From IMG/VR virus record IMGVR_UViG_3300033182_000991, positions 32,001 through 96,000 of that record: 64,000 bases of DNA; one strand, written 5' to 3'. The first letter of the stretch is position 1; each line of letters starts with the position of its first letter. Of this stretch, positions 9,901-19,063 are shown in pieces. The DNA comes from a virus. Under the pieces are notes generated by a model. That model was given only the letters and a program-made list of their open reading frames with translations, did no database searches and was not told the origin of the DNA. A program made the position numbers and the translations under genes.

Positions 9901-10840
9901 TGCATTCCAAGGGTCAACAGGTCCTCAAGGTAACGACGGAACAAAAGGTCATAAGGGATATGTAAATACTAAAGGTCATAAGGGTTATAGAGGGGGTTCA
10001 CCACAAGGACCTATCGGTCCACAAGGTGCATCCCCGAGAGGGGGACAAGGTTCTGCTAATCCAGGTCCTACAGGACCAGGTGGTTCGGCATTCCAAGGAG
10101 ATAAAGGTCCACAAGGTCCAAAAGGTCCGACAGCACCTGATGGACCACGAGGTCCAACTGGAGCTACTGGTTCACCAGGACCTGAAGGGCCAATAGGTTC
10201 AACAGGACCACAAGGTTCTGTTGGTTCTCCAGGTGCTAATGGAGTAAAAGGACCAAAAGGTCCTAAAGGTGCACAGGGTTCTGCCGGTACAGGTGGTTCC
10301 ATAGGTTCTAAAGGTCCACGTGGTCCACAGGGTGCTGCCAATCCTGGTGGTACGGGTGACAAAGGTCCAAAGGGTCCTAAGGGTTACACTGCAACTGCTG
10401 CACCTGGTCCAAAAGGTCCTAAAGGATATATTGGTAATACTGGTGGTACGGGACCAGTAGGTGGTAGAGGTCCGATTGGTTCAACAGGTTCGTCAGGTTC
10501 TTCAGATAGAAGATTGAAGAAAAACTTCCGTGAAATCAAAGATGCATTGGATAAAGTATTGAAGATGCGTGGTGTTCACTTTACATGGGTTGAAGAGAAT
10601 ACTGTTGATGGTTCATATGTACCCACAGGTCAACAAGACATTGGTGTAATTGCACAGGAAATTAAGGAACAATTCCCTGAATTGGTAAGAGAAGAGGATA
10701 GTGGTATCTTAACTGTACAATACGCATTGATGGTTTCAATTTTGACTGAGGCTATTCAACAACAAAACTCAATTTTAGATAAGAAAGAGATTGAGTTAGA
10801 ACGTTTAGAAGTACTTGCGAAATCTAAAGGATTGTTATAA
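6905..10840 (+). CDS. Long collagen-like fibre protein with C-terminal S74 chaperone
   Basis: About 1100 aa of interrupted Gly-X-Y, followed by SDRRLKKNF...GVIAQEIKEQFPELV. Confidence 0.9.
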   Translation: MAKNIKITPKSGIIEFSGATSSSIDLGHNESSDELKFSGSSLDPVRLTVKGGYTFNSDSKVLVENSGEVLSKGQKRIDKGGVWQGPRAQDKGIKGFKGTKGPNAVTAETGDKGYRGTQGTIGANQAVGTRGNQGPQGGIGSQGQKGIKGPAGGVGSTADPSPAGDKGPTAPKGPKGYKGTKGAKGGAGDKGQKGNIGNKGIKGIVGTSPKGFIGPQGSSPQGEKGPQGDSPKGIKGVKGTKGDRGGSGTGGDNNPGAQGPVGDSVQGSTGPTGISVQGPAGSQGPTGPGGDKGPIAPDGAKGFKGIKGTTGDKGIKGIKGVKGDKGYKGPKGIKGHKGFIGLSPQGPRGATGASPIGPQGPQGASPIGPQGGQGGQGNATPGPEGDLGSAFQGSGGAQGPTGPQGNDGPKGPKGYKGSEGLKGRKGIKGNIGNSPIGPQGPQGASPQGAQGARGNTGAANPGPQGPGGSANPGAQGPGGDKGPTGNDGAKGYKGTKGAKGHKGYKGNKGLRGNSPVGPRGGTGASPQGAQGNRGGTGAPNPGPKGPIGDTNQGSTGPQGSGGPTGYDGPKGPKGIKGPKGLKGRKGVKGYIGTSPQGPIGPQGASPRGPQGARGGQGAANPGPTGPTGSSFTGSGGDQGPVGPQGNDGPKGPKGYKGALGAKGLKGRKGNIGNSPRGPQGPQGASPRGNTGARGVTGANNPGPQGPGGSSFQGSGGAQGPTGPGAGDGAKGYKGIKGSLGAKGYKGHKGYRGASPQGPIGPQGSSPKGYRGPQGVQGATNPGPKGPVGSTNQGSTGPQGSGGPTGYDGPKGPKGIKGPKGLKGHKGYKGNIGNSPQGPIGPQGASPRGNQGARGGQGAANPGPTGPTGSAFQGSTGPQGPTGPTAGDGAKGYKGLKGIKGHKGYTGSSPRGPQGAQGASPRGNTGAANPGPKGPKGYSNPGDKGPTGNDGAKGYKGLKGRKGHKGYIGNSPRGPQGSQGASPRGPQGAANQGGTGPTGSAFQGSTGPQGNDGTKGHKGYVNTKGHKGYRGGSPQGPIGPQGASPRGGQGSANPGPTGPGGSAFQGDKGPQGPKGPTAPDGPRGPTGATGSPGPEGPIGSTGPQGSVGSPGANGVKGPKGPKGAQGSAGTGGSIGSKGPRGPQGAANPGGTGDKGPKGPKGYTATAAPGPKGPKGYIGNTGGTGPVGGRGPIGSTGSSGSSDRRLKKNFREIKDALDKVLKMRGVHFTWVEENTVDGSYVPTGQQDIGVIAQEIKEQFPELVREEDSGILTVQYALMVSILTEAIQQQNSILDKKEIELERLEVLAKSKGLL
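8111..9600 (+). repeat. 240-nt (80-aa) coding super-repeat in collagen gene 3
   Basis: The equivalent block recurs at 8111, 8351, 8591, 8831, 9071, 9311 and 9551. Confidence 0.9.
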
Positions 10841-10894
10841 AAATCTATTTTGTTTTTGGGTAATATGATTAACTTTTCTTAAAAAGAACGAGTT

Positions 10895-11944
10895 ATGTTT
10901 TACAATTACAAACCTTCCAAAGAAAGATATATTGTTTATAGAACCAACGACGGTGGTATTGGTGATAGATTGATAGGTGCAATGAATGCCTTCCTGATGG
11001 CGTTCGTTAACGATTATCATTTTAGAATCCAAGACAATACTAAAACACCAATGGTTGAAGTGTTCACAAGCAATCATAACTGGTGGAAAAGAGATTGGTT
11101 TGAGACTCCCATGAAACGAGGTAGGTTAAATCTACTATCTTCTTATGATGACTTAGTACAGTATATTACAGAAGGTACCATTGAAGATTACTACCCAAAC
11201 GCGGAGTGTTTGTATTTTTACTCCAACCAAAACTTAGTACCATACTTTTTCAAAAATCCTGAATATAAATTGAAACTTGATAAGATTGGGATTACTCAAG
11301 AGAATGTATACTCTGAAATGTTCAATTACCTGTTCACCTTGGAGGACGAATATAAAAAGAACTACAACTACCTTAAGAGTAAGTTGTTCTTAGATGTTAA
11401 GTATGTAATTGGTGTACATCTTAGAACCAATTGGAATTGGGGTGATGTACCACAAATAAGTAGAAACACCGTTCAAAAGTTTATCACAGCAATCAATCAG
11501 AATTACTTACCCAATGCAAGAGTATTGGTATCATCAGATTCACAGATGGGTTATGACATGTTGAAGGAAGGTATCAAAGGTATGGATGTTGTAAGAATTT
11601 CAGGTGATGCCGTTCACATTTCAAAAGATGATAATACTAAGTTAAATGACTTATTGAAAACGGTATTTGAAATCTATCTTTTGTCTGAATCTGATTTGTT
11701 GATTGGTTCTTATTGGTCAAACTTTACACGATTGTCAGTGATGAAAAGTCCAAAGAAATCAGTGATGGTAGAAATGGAAGTGGAACCGTATGATACTGCA
11801 AATGAATCCACAAAGTATTGGGTGGAGCAAATGGGTCATTCGTTAAGTGATGTGTATACAGACATTAAAAAAGCTTTTAGATTCCCACTAACAATAAAGG
11901 GTCACACAAAGTGCGACCCCGAAGTATTGTTTACTATTAAGTAA
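10895..11944 (+). CDS. Fucosyltransferase-like glycosyltransferase (GT-B; NodZ/O-FucT/GT37-like)
   Basis: GGIGDRL N-terminal motif, IGVHLRT, VSSDS, LLSESDLLIGSYWSNF. Confidence 0.65.
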   Translation: MFYNYKPSKERYIVYRTNDGGIGDRLIGAMNAFLMAFVNDYHFRIQDNTKTPMVEVFTSNHNWWKRDWFETPMKRGRLNLLSSYDDLVQYITEGTIEDYYPNAECLYFYSNQNLVPYFFKNPEYKLKLDKIGITQENVYSEMFNYLFTLEDEYKKNYNYLKSKLFLDVKYVIGVHLRTNWNWGDVPQISRNTVQKFITAINQNYLPNARVLVSSDSQMGYDMLKEGIKGMDVVRISGDAVHISKDDNTKLNDLLKTVFEIYLLSESDLLIGSYWSNFTRLSVMKSPKKSVMVEMEVEPYDTANESTKYWVEQMGHSLSDVYTDIKKAFRFPLTIKGHTKCDPEVLFTIK

Positions 11945-13592
11945 TTAAATCAAAAAGATAGTTTGAATTGTATTGGGGGTTAATCTTTTCCTCCAACATA
12001 ATTCTATTCATCGGGTAGTAATTCCAATCGTGTGATTTTGATAATTCTTCATCAAAAAGATTTAACTCAGAAGAGATAAGTCCTTCCACATAACTCACAT
12101 CTTCATTGTAGTAATGAGAATCTAATCTTCTCATCAACTCCAAAGATTGTTCAGGTGTACCAAAGAATTCTAATTTCCATCCTCTAAATGTTTTTAAGAA
12201 GTGGTCCACCCAGTGGCTACGGTCTCTGAAATACTGAGCACCAAACTCTTTCAATCTATTAAAGGTACACATCTGAGTTCCTGAGATTTCGTAGTTATTA
12301 TTCTCAAGGTCAAAATTCCAAACGAAGTGTCTCATACGTAGAGTTAAGAATTCATATTCAATATAATCATAATGGAATATATTAGATTCAATAAGACGTG
12401 AGTCCATCACTTCGTCAGTGTTTGAAATGAATATGTAATCAGTATCTTTCACATTGAGGTATTCCAACAATGGTGTAATACTATTTCTATGGTGTGATTG
12501 ACGATGGTAATATGGGTCATCATCCAATATTTCTTCAGGTTCATCAACCACGGTGTATATAATCTTATCGTCGTAGTCTTTGAATCTCCATAACTCATTC
12601 TTAAGTGTAGGTTCTTGAGGTTCACCATCGTAGGTGTATGAGGTTTCAAGGATAATGAAGTAATCCATCTCTTCATTTAACTCCTTTAATCTCATCTCTA
12701 ATACATCCAATTCACCATTGTATATGATACAGTCATATCTTTTGGGATAGTCCTCCACATCAAAGAACATAAGTTGTTCAGGGTTGGGTGGAAGATAGTC
12801 ACCCTCTACTTTGATTAACCTTTCAGTGGTACCTTTAGGTGTTTCAGGTGGTAAACCTTCTTTGATAAGGTGAGCAATATTCCTCTTAGAAGAGAAGAAG
12901 TTAGATGCGGTTTCACTGTGAGCGAAAGAGAACATCTTATCTTGAATAAACTTAGGACTACCAAACCATGATAGGTGCCAACCACAGTAGGTACGAACAA
13001 ACTCATCACTATCATCATCCCAACGAATATTCCTTAGGTGTTGGATGATATCGTTATCCTCGTCCAACTGTTTCTTTGTAATGATACTGGTACCACCCCA
13101 AATGTAATTCTTCTCCCAATTGGTATTCCATATAAACCATCTCTGTTCACAGATGACTGGTTTGATGTCCACCAATGGTTCAATCTTATACATCAAATCT
13201 AAGTCAGGTAGTTCATCAACATCAGAAACGAAGATGATGTCTTCAGGTGAAAGATTAAGTTTGTCAATACCTCTGCTGATTGCTCTACGTTGGTGGTGTT
13301 CCCTTACCCAGTTCATATTCTGAATCTCAGGGATTGCCACCAGCTCATTGATTTGTTCTTGAGTGAGGTTCTCAGGGAAGTCAGTGACGATGATGTGAGT
13401 AATCTTATCCAAATACTTTTGGTACCTCTTCTTATGTATGGTGAAGTATAATGGTTTCTCTGCACCAGTATGTGTTTTATTAGACTCTACTAATATGAAG
13501 TGGTCCACTTTGTCGTATAGTGTTTCTAATCTATACTCCAACACATCAAATTCATTGTAAAAGATAAACGAATCTACTAATTTTCTACTCAT
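11937..13592 (-). CDS. GT17-like (beta-1,4-GlcNAc transferase family) glycosyltransferase with two tandem domains
   Basis: DSFIFYNEFDVLEYRL...FILVESNKTHTG...SDVDE...GWHLSWFG, repeated as DCIIYNGELDVLEMRL...SNTDE...GWKLEFFG. Confidence 0.8.
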   Translation of the reverse strand: MSRKLVDSFIFYNEFDVLEYRLETLYDKVDHFILVESNKTHTGAEKPLYFTIHKKRYQKYLDKITHIIVTDFPENLTQEQINELVAIPEIQNMNWVREHHQRRAISRGIDKLNLSPEDIIFVSDVDELPDLDLMYKIEPLVDIKPVICEQRWFIWNTNWEKNYIWGGTSIITKKQLDEDNDIIQHLRNIRWDDDSDEFVRTYCGWHLSWFGSPKFIQDKMFSFAHSETASNFFSSKRNIAHLIKEGLPPETPKGTTERLIKVEGDYLPPNPEQLMFFDVEDYPKRYDCIIYNGELDVLEMRLKELNEEMDYFIILETSYTYDGEPQEPTLKNELWRFKDYDDKIIYTVVDEPEEILDDDPYYHRQSHHRNSITPLLEYLNVKDTDYIFISNTDEVMDSRLIESNIFHYDYIEYEFLTLRMRHFVWNFDLENNNYEISGTQMCTFNRLKEFGAQYFRDRSHWVDHFLKTFRGWKLEFFGTPEQSLELMRRLDSHYYNEDVSYVEGLISSELNLFDEELSKSHDWNYYPMNRIMLEEKINPQYNSNYLFDLIT

Positions 13593-15388
13593 TTGATTAA
13601 CATTTTATTATTGATAACAACGGCGTCTATATCTGAATTATTGAAAAGTTCTATGGCTTCCTCAGGGGTTTCCACAATCGGTTGTCCATTCACATTAAGC
13701 GAAGTGTTCAATACGATTGGGACTCCTGTGTGTGTACCCAACTTCTCAATCAAACTATAGAGTTTGTCATTTATTTCTTTGGTTAGTGTTTGTACTCTCG
13801 CTGTACCATCAACATGGGTTACTGCGGGTATTTCCCACGGCTTCTTAACAGGACAAGTGTATAACATATAAGGTGAATCTACATCTATGTCAAACCATTC
13901 ACTCACTCTTTCTTTTAATACGATAGGTGCAAACGGTCTAAACCATTCTCTATGTTTCACCCTCGCGTTTAATATCTCTTTCATCTTCGGGTCCGTTGGG
14001 TTAGCTAAGAACGAACGGTGACCTAAGGCACGTGGACCGAACTCACTCCTCCCTTGAAACCAAGCGACTATCTTAGAATCGGCTAACATCTGAGCGATGA
14101 CATCTTCATCGTAGTCAATACCCGCCTCAATGTCTTCATAGTCATTACCTGTAAAACATACATCACTAATCTCAAACCTCTGACGTGGAATGTCCTCCAA
14201 ATTGTATGAACAGTAAAGTGCTGCACCGACAGATAATCCATCATCACCAGTGGCTGGATATAAGTGAAGGTCATCAAACCTCATAGTGTTCAATAACTTA
14301 TAGTTGGAGGTACAGTTCAACATAGTCCCACCAACAATACATAAGTTACCTTCGTTCATCCCATCAGTCAATGTGTAGAGTTGGTCAACATATTTTTGTA
14401 TGGTCTTCTCTAACACAAACTGAATAGATGCAGAATGATTGAACCTCTCTTCCAAAGTCATCTCCTCGTGTTTGTCTAATATTTTGGTTGGGTAAAGGAA
14501 ACTATCCATCCTTTCAATGGCTTCATTACGTTCCTCTTCAATCCAAATTCTGAGTTCTCTCCAAGGTCTTTCGGTTATGTAAGATGATGCCCAACAATTA
14601 AAGGTTACATTATCAGTATGATTGGTCATCATATGTTGTGGTTCAGAAAGTAGTTCCCAATTGTTCTTAATCTTTTCTGATACCTTTCCATATGATGAGG
14701 CTCCCATAGTCGTACCTGCTTTGAATATACCAGGTCCGAAGTCTAACATCTCAGTCATTACGGTATATAGATTTCCAATAGTTGTGTTGGGTGAACCTAT
14801 ATAAGTAATCTGATTACCATCACCTAAAAAATAGGCTGAAGACCTTTCCCCACTGATACCTGAGGCATCCAAAGAAAGGATTGCAGACCTCTCTAAGTTG
14901 TTAGTATAATATACAGACGCTGCGTGTGCTGTATGGTGGTTAATAATATTACCACCTTTAAGGACCTTACCACCTAAAAGAACATTACAACTGATGAAGT
15001 TACGTTGGTTGTAGTCCGCTAAAGGAACATAGAAATGATTGTGTTCAAATATCTCATAACCATATTCAGGATGAAGATTATTACCGTCATTGACAATACT
15101 TCTGAAGGTTGGGTGTAAAGTACCAAAAGGATATTCGTAAAGGTCTTCCTCTCTGAAGAACAATCTCACAAATGTATCGGTGTAATCTATATTACCAATG
15201 GCGACGTAATCAATATCATCAATGGTCAACCCATGAGGTTTCAAAATATAGTCAATGACTTCCCAACTAAGATATTTATCTTTCTTTATACGTGATATTC
15301 TCTCTGTGGAAACAGAAGATATTAACTGACCGTCAATCACCAAACATGCGGATGAATCGTGACCACTTGTAAGACCGAGTATTTTCAT
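13589..15388 (-). CDS. O-carbamoyltransferase (NodU/CmcH/TobZ family)
   Basis: ILGL..GHDSSACL, HHTAHAAS, GDDGLSVGAA, QGRSEFGPRALGHRS, KHREWFRPFAP, HVDGTARVQT, LNTSLN. Confidence 0.93.
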   Translation of the reverse strand: MKILGLTSGHDSSACLVIDGQLISSVSTERISRIKKDKYLSWEVIDYILKPHGLTIDDIDYVAIGNIDYTDTFVRLFFREEDLYEYPFGTLHPTFRSIVNDGNNLHPEYGYEIFEHNHFYVPLADYNQRNFISCNVLLGGKVLKGGNIINHHTAHAASVYYTNNLERSAILSLDASGISGERSSAYFLGDGNQITYIGSPNTTIGNLYTVMTEMLDFGPGIFKAGTTMGASSYGKVSEKIKNNWELLSEPQHMMTNHTDNVTFNCWASSYITERPWRELRIWIEEERNEAIERMDSFLYPTKILDKHEEMTLEERFNHSASIQFVLEKTIQKYVDQLYTLTDGMNEGNLCIVGGTMLNCTSNYKLLNTMRFDDLHLYPATGDDGLSVGAALYCSYNLEDIPRQRFEISDVCFTGNDYEDIEAGIDYDEDVIAQMLADSKIVAWFQGRSEFGPRALGHRSFLANPTDPKMKEILNARVKHREWFRPFAPIVLKERVSEWFDIDVDSPYMLYTCPVKKPWEIPAVTHVDGTARVQTLTKEINDKLYSLIEKLGTHTGVPIVLNTSLNVNGQPIVETPEEAIELFNNSDIDAVVINNKMLIK

Positions 15389-15452
15389 TAAAAATCTACT
15401 TTATTTTTAAGTAATGATAAGTTATACTTTATGAAAATTAAACAACTTATTT

Positions 15453-16061
15453 ATGTATTATTCAGACCCATTTATTGACGACCACAAAAGTGAAGAGGTT
15501 CACTATTACACATACTATTCATTTGAAAACGTATTCAACGATGAAGATATTGAATACATAAAACAATGGGGTGCACACTTCCCTTCTTCGGACGGTGAAG
15601 TAGGTGGTGAAGACACACTCGGTATCAATGAAGATATTCGTATTAGTAAGGTAAGTTGGATTCAACTTGAAGAAGGTACTCAATGGATTTTTGATAGACT
15701 GGCTCAGTGTGCTATTACTGCGAACAAAGAGATGGGTTGGGACTTTGACCTTTCAGGATTCGGTGATGAGATTCAATACACAGAATACTTTGGTGAGAAC
15801 AATGGTCACTACTCTTGGCACGGTGATATCGGTCCAAACGTACCACATAGAAAGTTGTCTATTGTTGTTCAACTTACAGACCCTGAAGAATATGAAGGTG
15901 GTGAGTTAGAATTAAGTGCTGGTAGTTTCTTAGTTGATGCACCTAACAAAAAAGGTTCAGTCATCGTATTCCCATCATTTGTTCTACACAGAGTATTACC
16001 ACTTACCTCAGGTGAGAGAAGGTCATTGGTAAGTTGGATTTCTGGTCCAAGATTCAAGTAA
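15453..16061 (+). CDS. 2OG-Fe(II) oxygenase (PKHD/prolyl-hydroxylase-like)
   Basis: QYTEY...YSWHGD, RKLS, YEGGEL, FPSFVLHRV.P...G.RRSLVSW. Confidence 0.88.
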   Translation: MYYSDPFIDDHKSEEVHYYTYYSFENVFNDEDIEYIKQWGAHFPSSDGEVGGEDTLGINEDIRISKVSWIQLEEGTQWIFDRLAQCAITANKEMGWDFDLSGFGDEIQYTEYFGENNGHYSWHGDIGPNVPHRKLSIVVQLTDPEEYEGGELELSAGSFLVDAPNKKGSVIVFPSFVLHRVLPLTSGERRSLVSWISGPRFK

Positions 16062-16062
16062 C

Positions 16063-16494
16063 ATGTTGGTAAGGTATACAGGAGGAAGTTACACTGACTT
16101 ATTCAAAGAACATGAGAAATTTATTCTATTAGTGTTCATTGATTTACAGTTGGTATTTAATCCTGGATGGAACCTATCATTATCTCCATCCTTTGGTACC
16201 ACACCAGAGCAATCTAATCACAATGTAGAGATAATGAAAAACTTCCCTGACGTGGTGTACGTTGAAACCATGCACAGTGAGGCTTACGATATGATTAATA
16301 ACTTTGGTTTTGATTATGACAATGAAATAATGGACTTACACAACGGTCATTACAAACCAATGATTGTAGGTGTAAAGAAAGGGAGAGTAGTTAGTCACTC
16401 CATCGGAAGATGTTATTGTGTTGAAACATATGTGGATATCATCCACAGTCTATATCCTGAATTATTTGAACCAACCAGTGTAAGTGAGTCTTAA
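16063..16494 (+). CDS. Hypothetical protein
   Basis: 143-aa ORF directly following the oxygenase. Confidence 0.5.
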   Translation: MLVRYTGGSYTDLFKEHEKFILLVFIDLQLVFNPGWNLSLSPSFGTTPEQSNHNVEIMKNFPDVVYVETMHSEAYDMINNFGFDYDNEIMDLHNGHYKPMIVGVKKGRVVSHSIGRCYCVETYVDIIHSLYPELFEPTSVSES

Positions 16495-17184
16495 CTGTTC
16501 CACACCTGGATTTACGTGAGATACGTAATGCCACTTCCCAACACCTTTAGGTAAATCAAACAATGTCAAAGTGTTGAACTGAGGTACTTCTACTCTTTCA
16601 ACATCCATAGTATCGTGATTCATAAAGTGTAGATTACCACCGTATTGAGGTAACCAATCTTTGGTGAGTTGGTATACAAATCCTGTTGTTCCATTTGGTG
16701 AGTCTACGTGAGGGGAAAGGAAATCGCCAGGTAGATATACGGCAGCAAATACTTCATCAGTTGTAGTGACTGTTGAGTCAATCACTTCATTGATAAATGA
16801 AATAGACTCCTCACCCAACAACCATTGCCTGAGTTCACATTCAAAACAACTACAGGTAGATTGATGGTCGTCAACGGTTCTGTGGAAACAATAGGAGAAG
16901 TCTCCATTACCAAATGCTTTTGTTGCAATTGAATAGTTTTTTCTAATCTCGTCTTCATGTTCAGGTGAGAATATAACTGAGTCGAACCCATCACCTCCGT
17001 TTGATTTTGGATGAGTAGAAACTCTCCACCAATCCCTTGGCATTTCTTCGGTTAAGTAATGGTGTATACGTTCGGCGTATTCATCCTTTAAGAAGTCTTC
17101 AATGACTACTACTCTTTTAGTGATGTACTCCTCTCTGATTGACTGAATATCTAAATCAGGGTTGATGATATCTTTCAAGGTCAT
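16462..17184 (-). CDS. 2OG-Fe(II) oxygenase, Tpa1/OGFOD1-like prolyl hydroxylase family
   Basis: YLPGDFLSPHVD, FVYQLTKDWLPQYGGNL, PQFNTLTLF, HYVSHV, RLTYTGWF. Confidence 0.78.
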   Translation of the reverse strand: MTLKDIINPDLDIQSIREEYITKRVVVIEDFLKDEYAERIHHYLTEEMPRDWWRVSTHPKSNGGDGFDSVIFSPEHEDEIRKNYSIATKAFGNGDFSYCFHRTVDDHQSTCSCFECELRQWLLGEESISFINEVIDSTVTTTDEVFAAVYLPGDFLSPHVDSPNGTTGFVYQLTKDWLPQYGGNLHFMNHDTMDVERVEVPQFNTLTLFDLPKGVGKWHYVSHVNPGVEQLRLTYTGWFK

Positions 17185-17186
17185 AA

Positions 17187-17765
17187 TTAATATTCTGTGT
17201 TGAAGAAAAATACTTGAAATAGTCTTCCATCATTTATATCTCTACCGAAGTAATCTAATGAGATATGGAAATTGTCGGCTCTATACATAACCATTCGATT
17301 AAATAGATTTCCAAACTTATCTACCTGTTCCCATTTGGTAATGTCTTTTGCCGTTTCCATTGGTGAGTTAGGGTCGAACTCATCGTCCTTATGTTCCTCA
17401 TAATTCCAACTCATCAGTCCTGTGTGTTTGTGACGATAAATTCCTGTTCCTGCGGTTACAGGTGCGTCGGGTGTTAGATATAGTACTGCTGCCCAATCAG
17501 TATAAGAGTCTGAGTGAATCCATGAACGGTCTTGGGCGGTCGTATACTGGAATGAACCTGTATATTCACCACCCCAAAAGGTTACCTCACCTGCGATGGG
17601 TCTTAAAATATCTGCTAAACCTTCTTTAATATCTTCATTAAGGTGTGGTTTGGTTCTGAAACCTGGAAAGTTGCCAGTCACGTCAAACTCTTGCTGAAGA
17701 GCAAAGTCTCGTACCTCGTAAGGGTTGCTGTAAAAATCATCAATGATTAATGAATTGACTCTCAT
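17187..17765 (-). CDS. 2OG-Fe(II) oxygenase-like protein (DUF6445-like)
   Basis: IIDDFYSNP..VR, FPG.R, WIHSD, WAAVLYLTP, NRMVMY...FH, RLFQVFF. Confidence 0.7.
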   Translation of the reverse strand: MRVNSLIIDDFYSNPYEVRDFALQQEFDVTGNFPGFRTKPHLNEDIKEGLADILRPIAGEVTFWGGEYTGSFQYTTAQDRSWIHSDSYTDWAAVLYLTPDAPVTAGTGIYRHKHTGLMSWNYEEHKDDEFDPNSPMETAKDITKWEQVDKFGNLFNRMVMYRADNFHISLDYFGRDINDGRLFQVFFFNTEY

Positions 17766-17816
17766 AGTATCTTTTTTGTTAAAGATAAATCAAAAGGATA
17801 TAAAGAAAATATGATT

Positions 17817-18791
17817 TTATAGATAATCTTTGAAGTTGTCATTGATGAATTCTCTTACTCTTCCATCATCTGCCCATTCAGGCCAACTAACACGAATGGA
17901 TTCACCTTCTTCAACTAAGAAATATTCTAATAGACTTTCAAGACTTCCGTAATATTCAAAGTCATTATCACTTTGGTAACCACCCCAATTTAAAACTTTT
18001 TTAACTACTCTTGGTAGTAATTTTGTTACATCAACTTGTGTATAGGTATCATCAACTTCAATTGGTTGATTGGTGCCGGCTTTGTAAGTCTTTCTTTTAT
18101 AAGGGACTTCACGCATGAAGAAGTGTTCCTCAAATAAATTTCTTAGTCCATTCATCACATCGTCATACAACTCATCATAGTAAGCTGATTCCTCAGCATT
18201 TATATGAATAGTTTCTAATTCTTGTAAAACTTCAGGAGCATTTTCTTTGATAAATGATGATAGTTCATCGTCATCCATATTATCAATAAGGTCAAAGGTT
18301 GCAATGTCTTTAACATCATTCACTTCCACTTCTTTACCTTCAACTTCTTGGTAAACGGATTGCTTCAAATAATTAACATTATCGGGAGTAAGCTCTCCAA
18401 TGAAATAGGTAAGGTCATAAATCTGTGAATCTATATCTAAGAAAGGTGTATCATCTTGTAGAATTAACTTAGCTAAACCTTGTGAGTTGTCTCTATCATC
18501 TCTGAAGAATTTTGACAAATCCTCACGGTCAATCCTCATCCAATATTTATTACCATCCATAGTAACATCGTCAAGGTAACCAAGGAGAAATTCAACAACA
18601 AACTTAGGGTCATCCTCGTAGTGAGCGTTCATCACCTCAGTTAAATAACCTTCTTCAATGAGGTGGTCTAACATTTCACCTAACAGATTTTTGGATTTTA
18701 AGAATTTAATAAAAGCATCGGAATCTCCATTGAAATATTTACCGATGAAATCCCCGAGGTCGTTATCTTCTAAGAATTGGATTAAGTCCAT
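17817..18791 (-). CDS. Hypothetical acidic protein
   Basis: 324-aa ORF preceded by GTATTTAT motif. Confidence 0.6.
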   Translation of the reverse strand: MDLIQFLEDNDLGDFIGKYFNGDSDAFIKFLKSKNLLGEMLDHLIEEGYLTEVMNAHYEDDPKFVVEFLLGYLDDVTMDGNKYWMRIDREDLSKFFRDDRDNSQGLAKLILQDDTPFLDIDSQIYDLTYFIGELTPDNVNYLKQSVYQEVEGKEVEVNDVKDIATFDLIDNMDDDELSSFIKENAPEVLQELETIHINAEESAYYDELYDDVMNGLRNLFEEHFFMREVPYKRKTYKAGTNQPIEVDDTYTQVDVTKLLPRVVKKVLNWGGYQSDNDFEYYGSLESLLEYFLVEEGESIRVSWPEWADDGRVREFINDNFKDYL

Positions 18792-18868
18792 TGTTATTGT
18801 TTTATTATAAATACAAAAAAAGGGAGAAATAATTCCTCCCTTTTATTCTGTTTAATTTTTTCTTTCTA

Positions 18869-18994
18869 TTACTTCTTTTCGTAATACTTTTCAACAGTCT
18901 TTTTAATGGCGTTTTGAACCTGAGTCTGTGTTGAGGCAGCTTGAGTTTGAGTTTGTTTTGCTGCTTGTGCTTTTTGTTTACATCCGCATCCCAT
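18869..18994 (-). CDS. Small protein MGCGCK... (41 aa, not in ORF track)
   Basis: Read by hand: MGCGCKQKAQAAKQTQTQAASTQTQVQNAIKKTVEKYYEKK*; upstream ATATTTAT motif; downstream hairpin at ~18815-18844. Confidence 0.6.
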   Translation of the reverse strand: MGCGCKQKAQAAKQTQTQAASTQTQVQNAIKKTVEKYYEKK

Positions 18995-19063
18995 AGTTTT
19001 ATTTTTTTAAGGTGAAAAAGTTTATTTACTAATAAATATATTTGGTTTTAATTATCTGTAAAG

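Noticed and set aside
3159-10362. Many short alternative-frame and antisense ORFs, including a collagen-like antisense ORF at 9985-10362
   Set aside because: By-products of GGN-CCN codon periodicity in the collagen genes
3250-10500. Periodic DNA as a CRISPR array or non-coding satellite
   Set aside because: Repeats are in-frame, degenerate at third positions and have no constant repeat/unique spacer pattern
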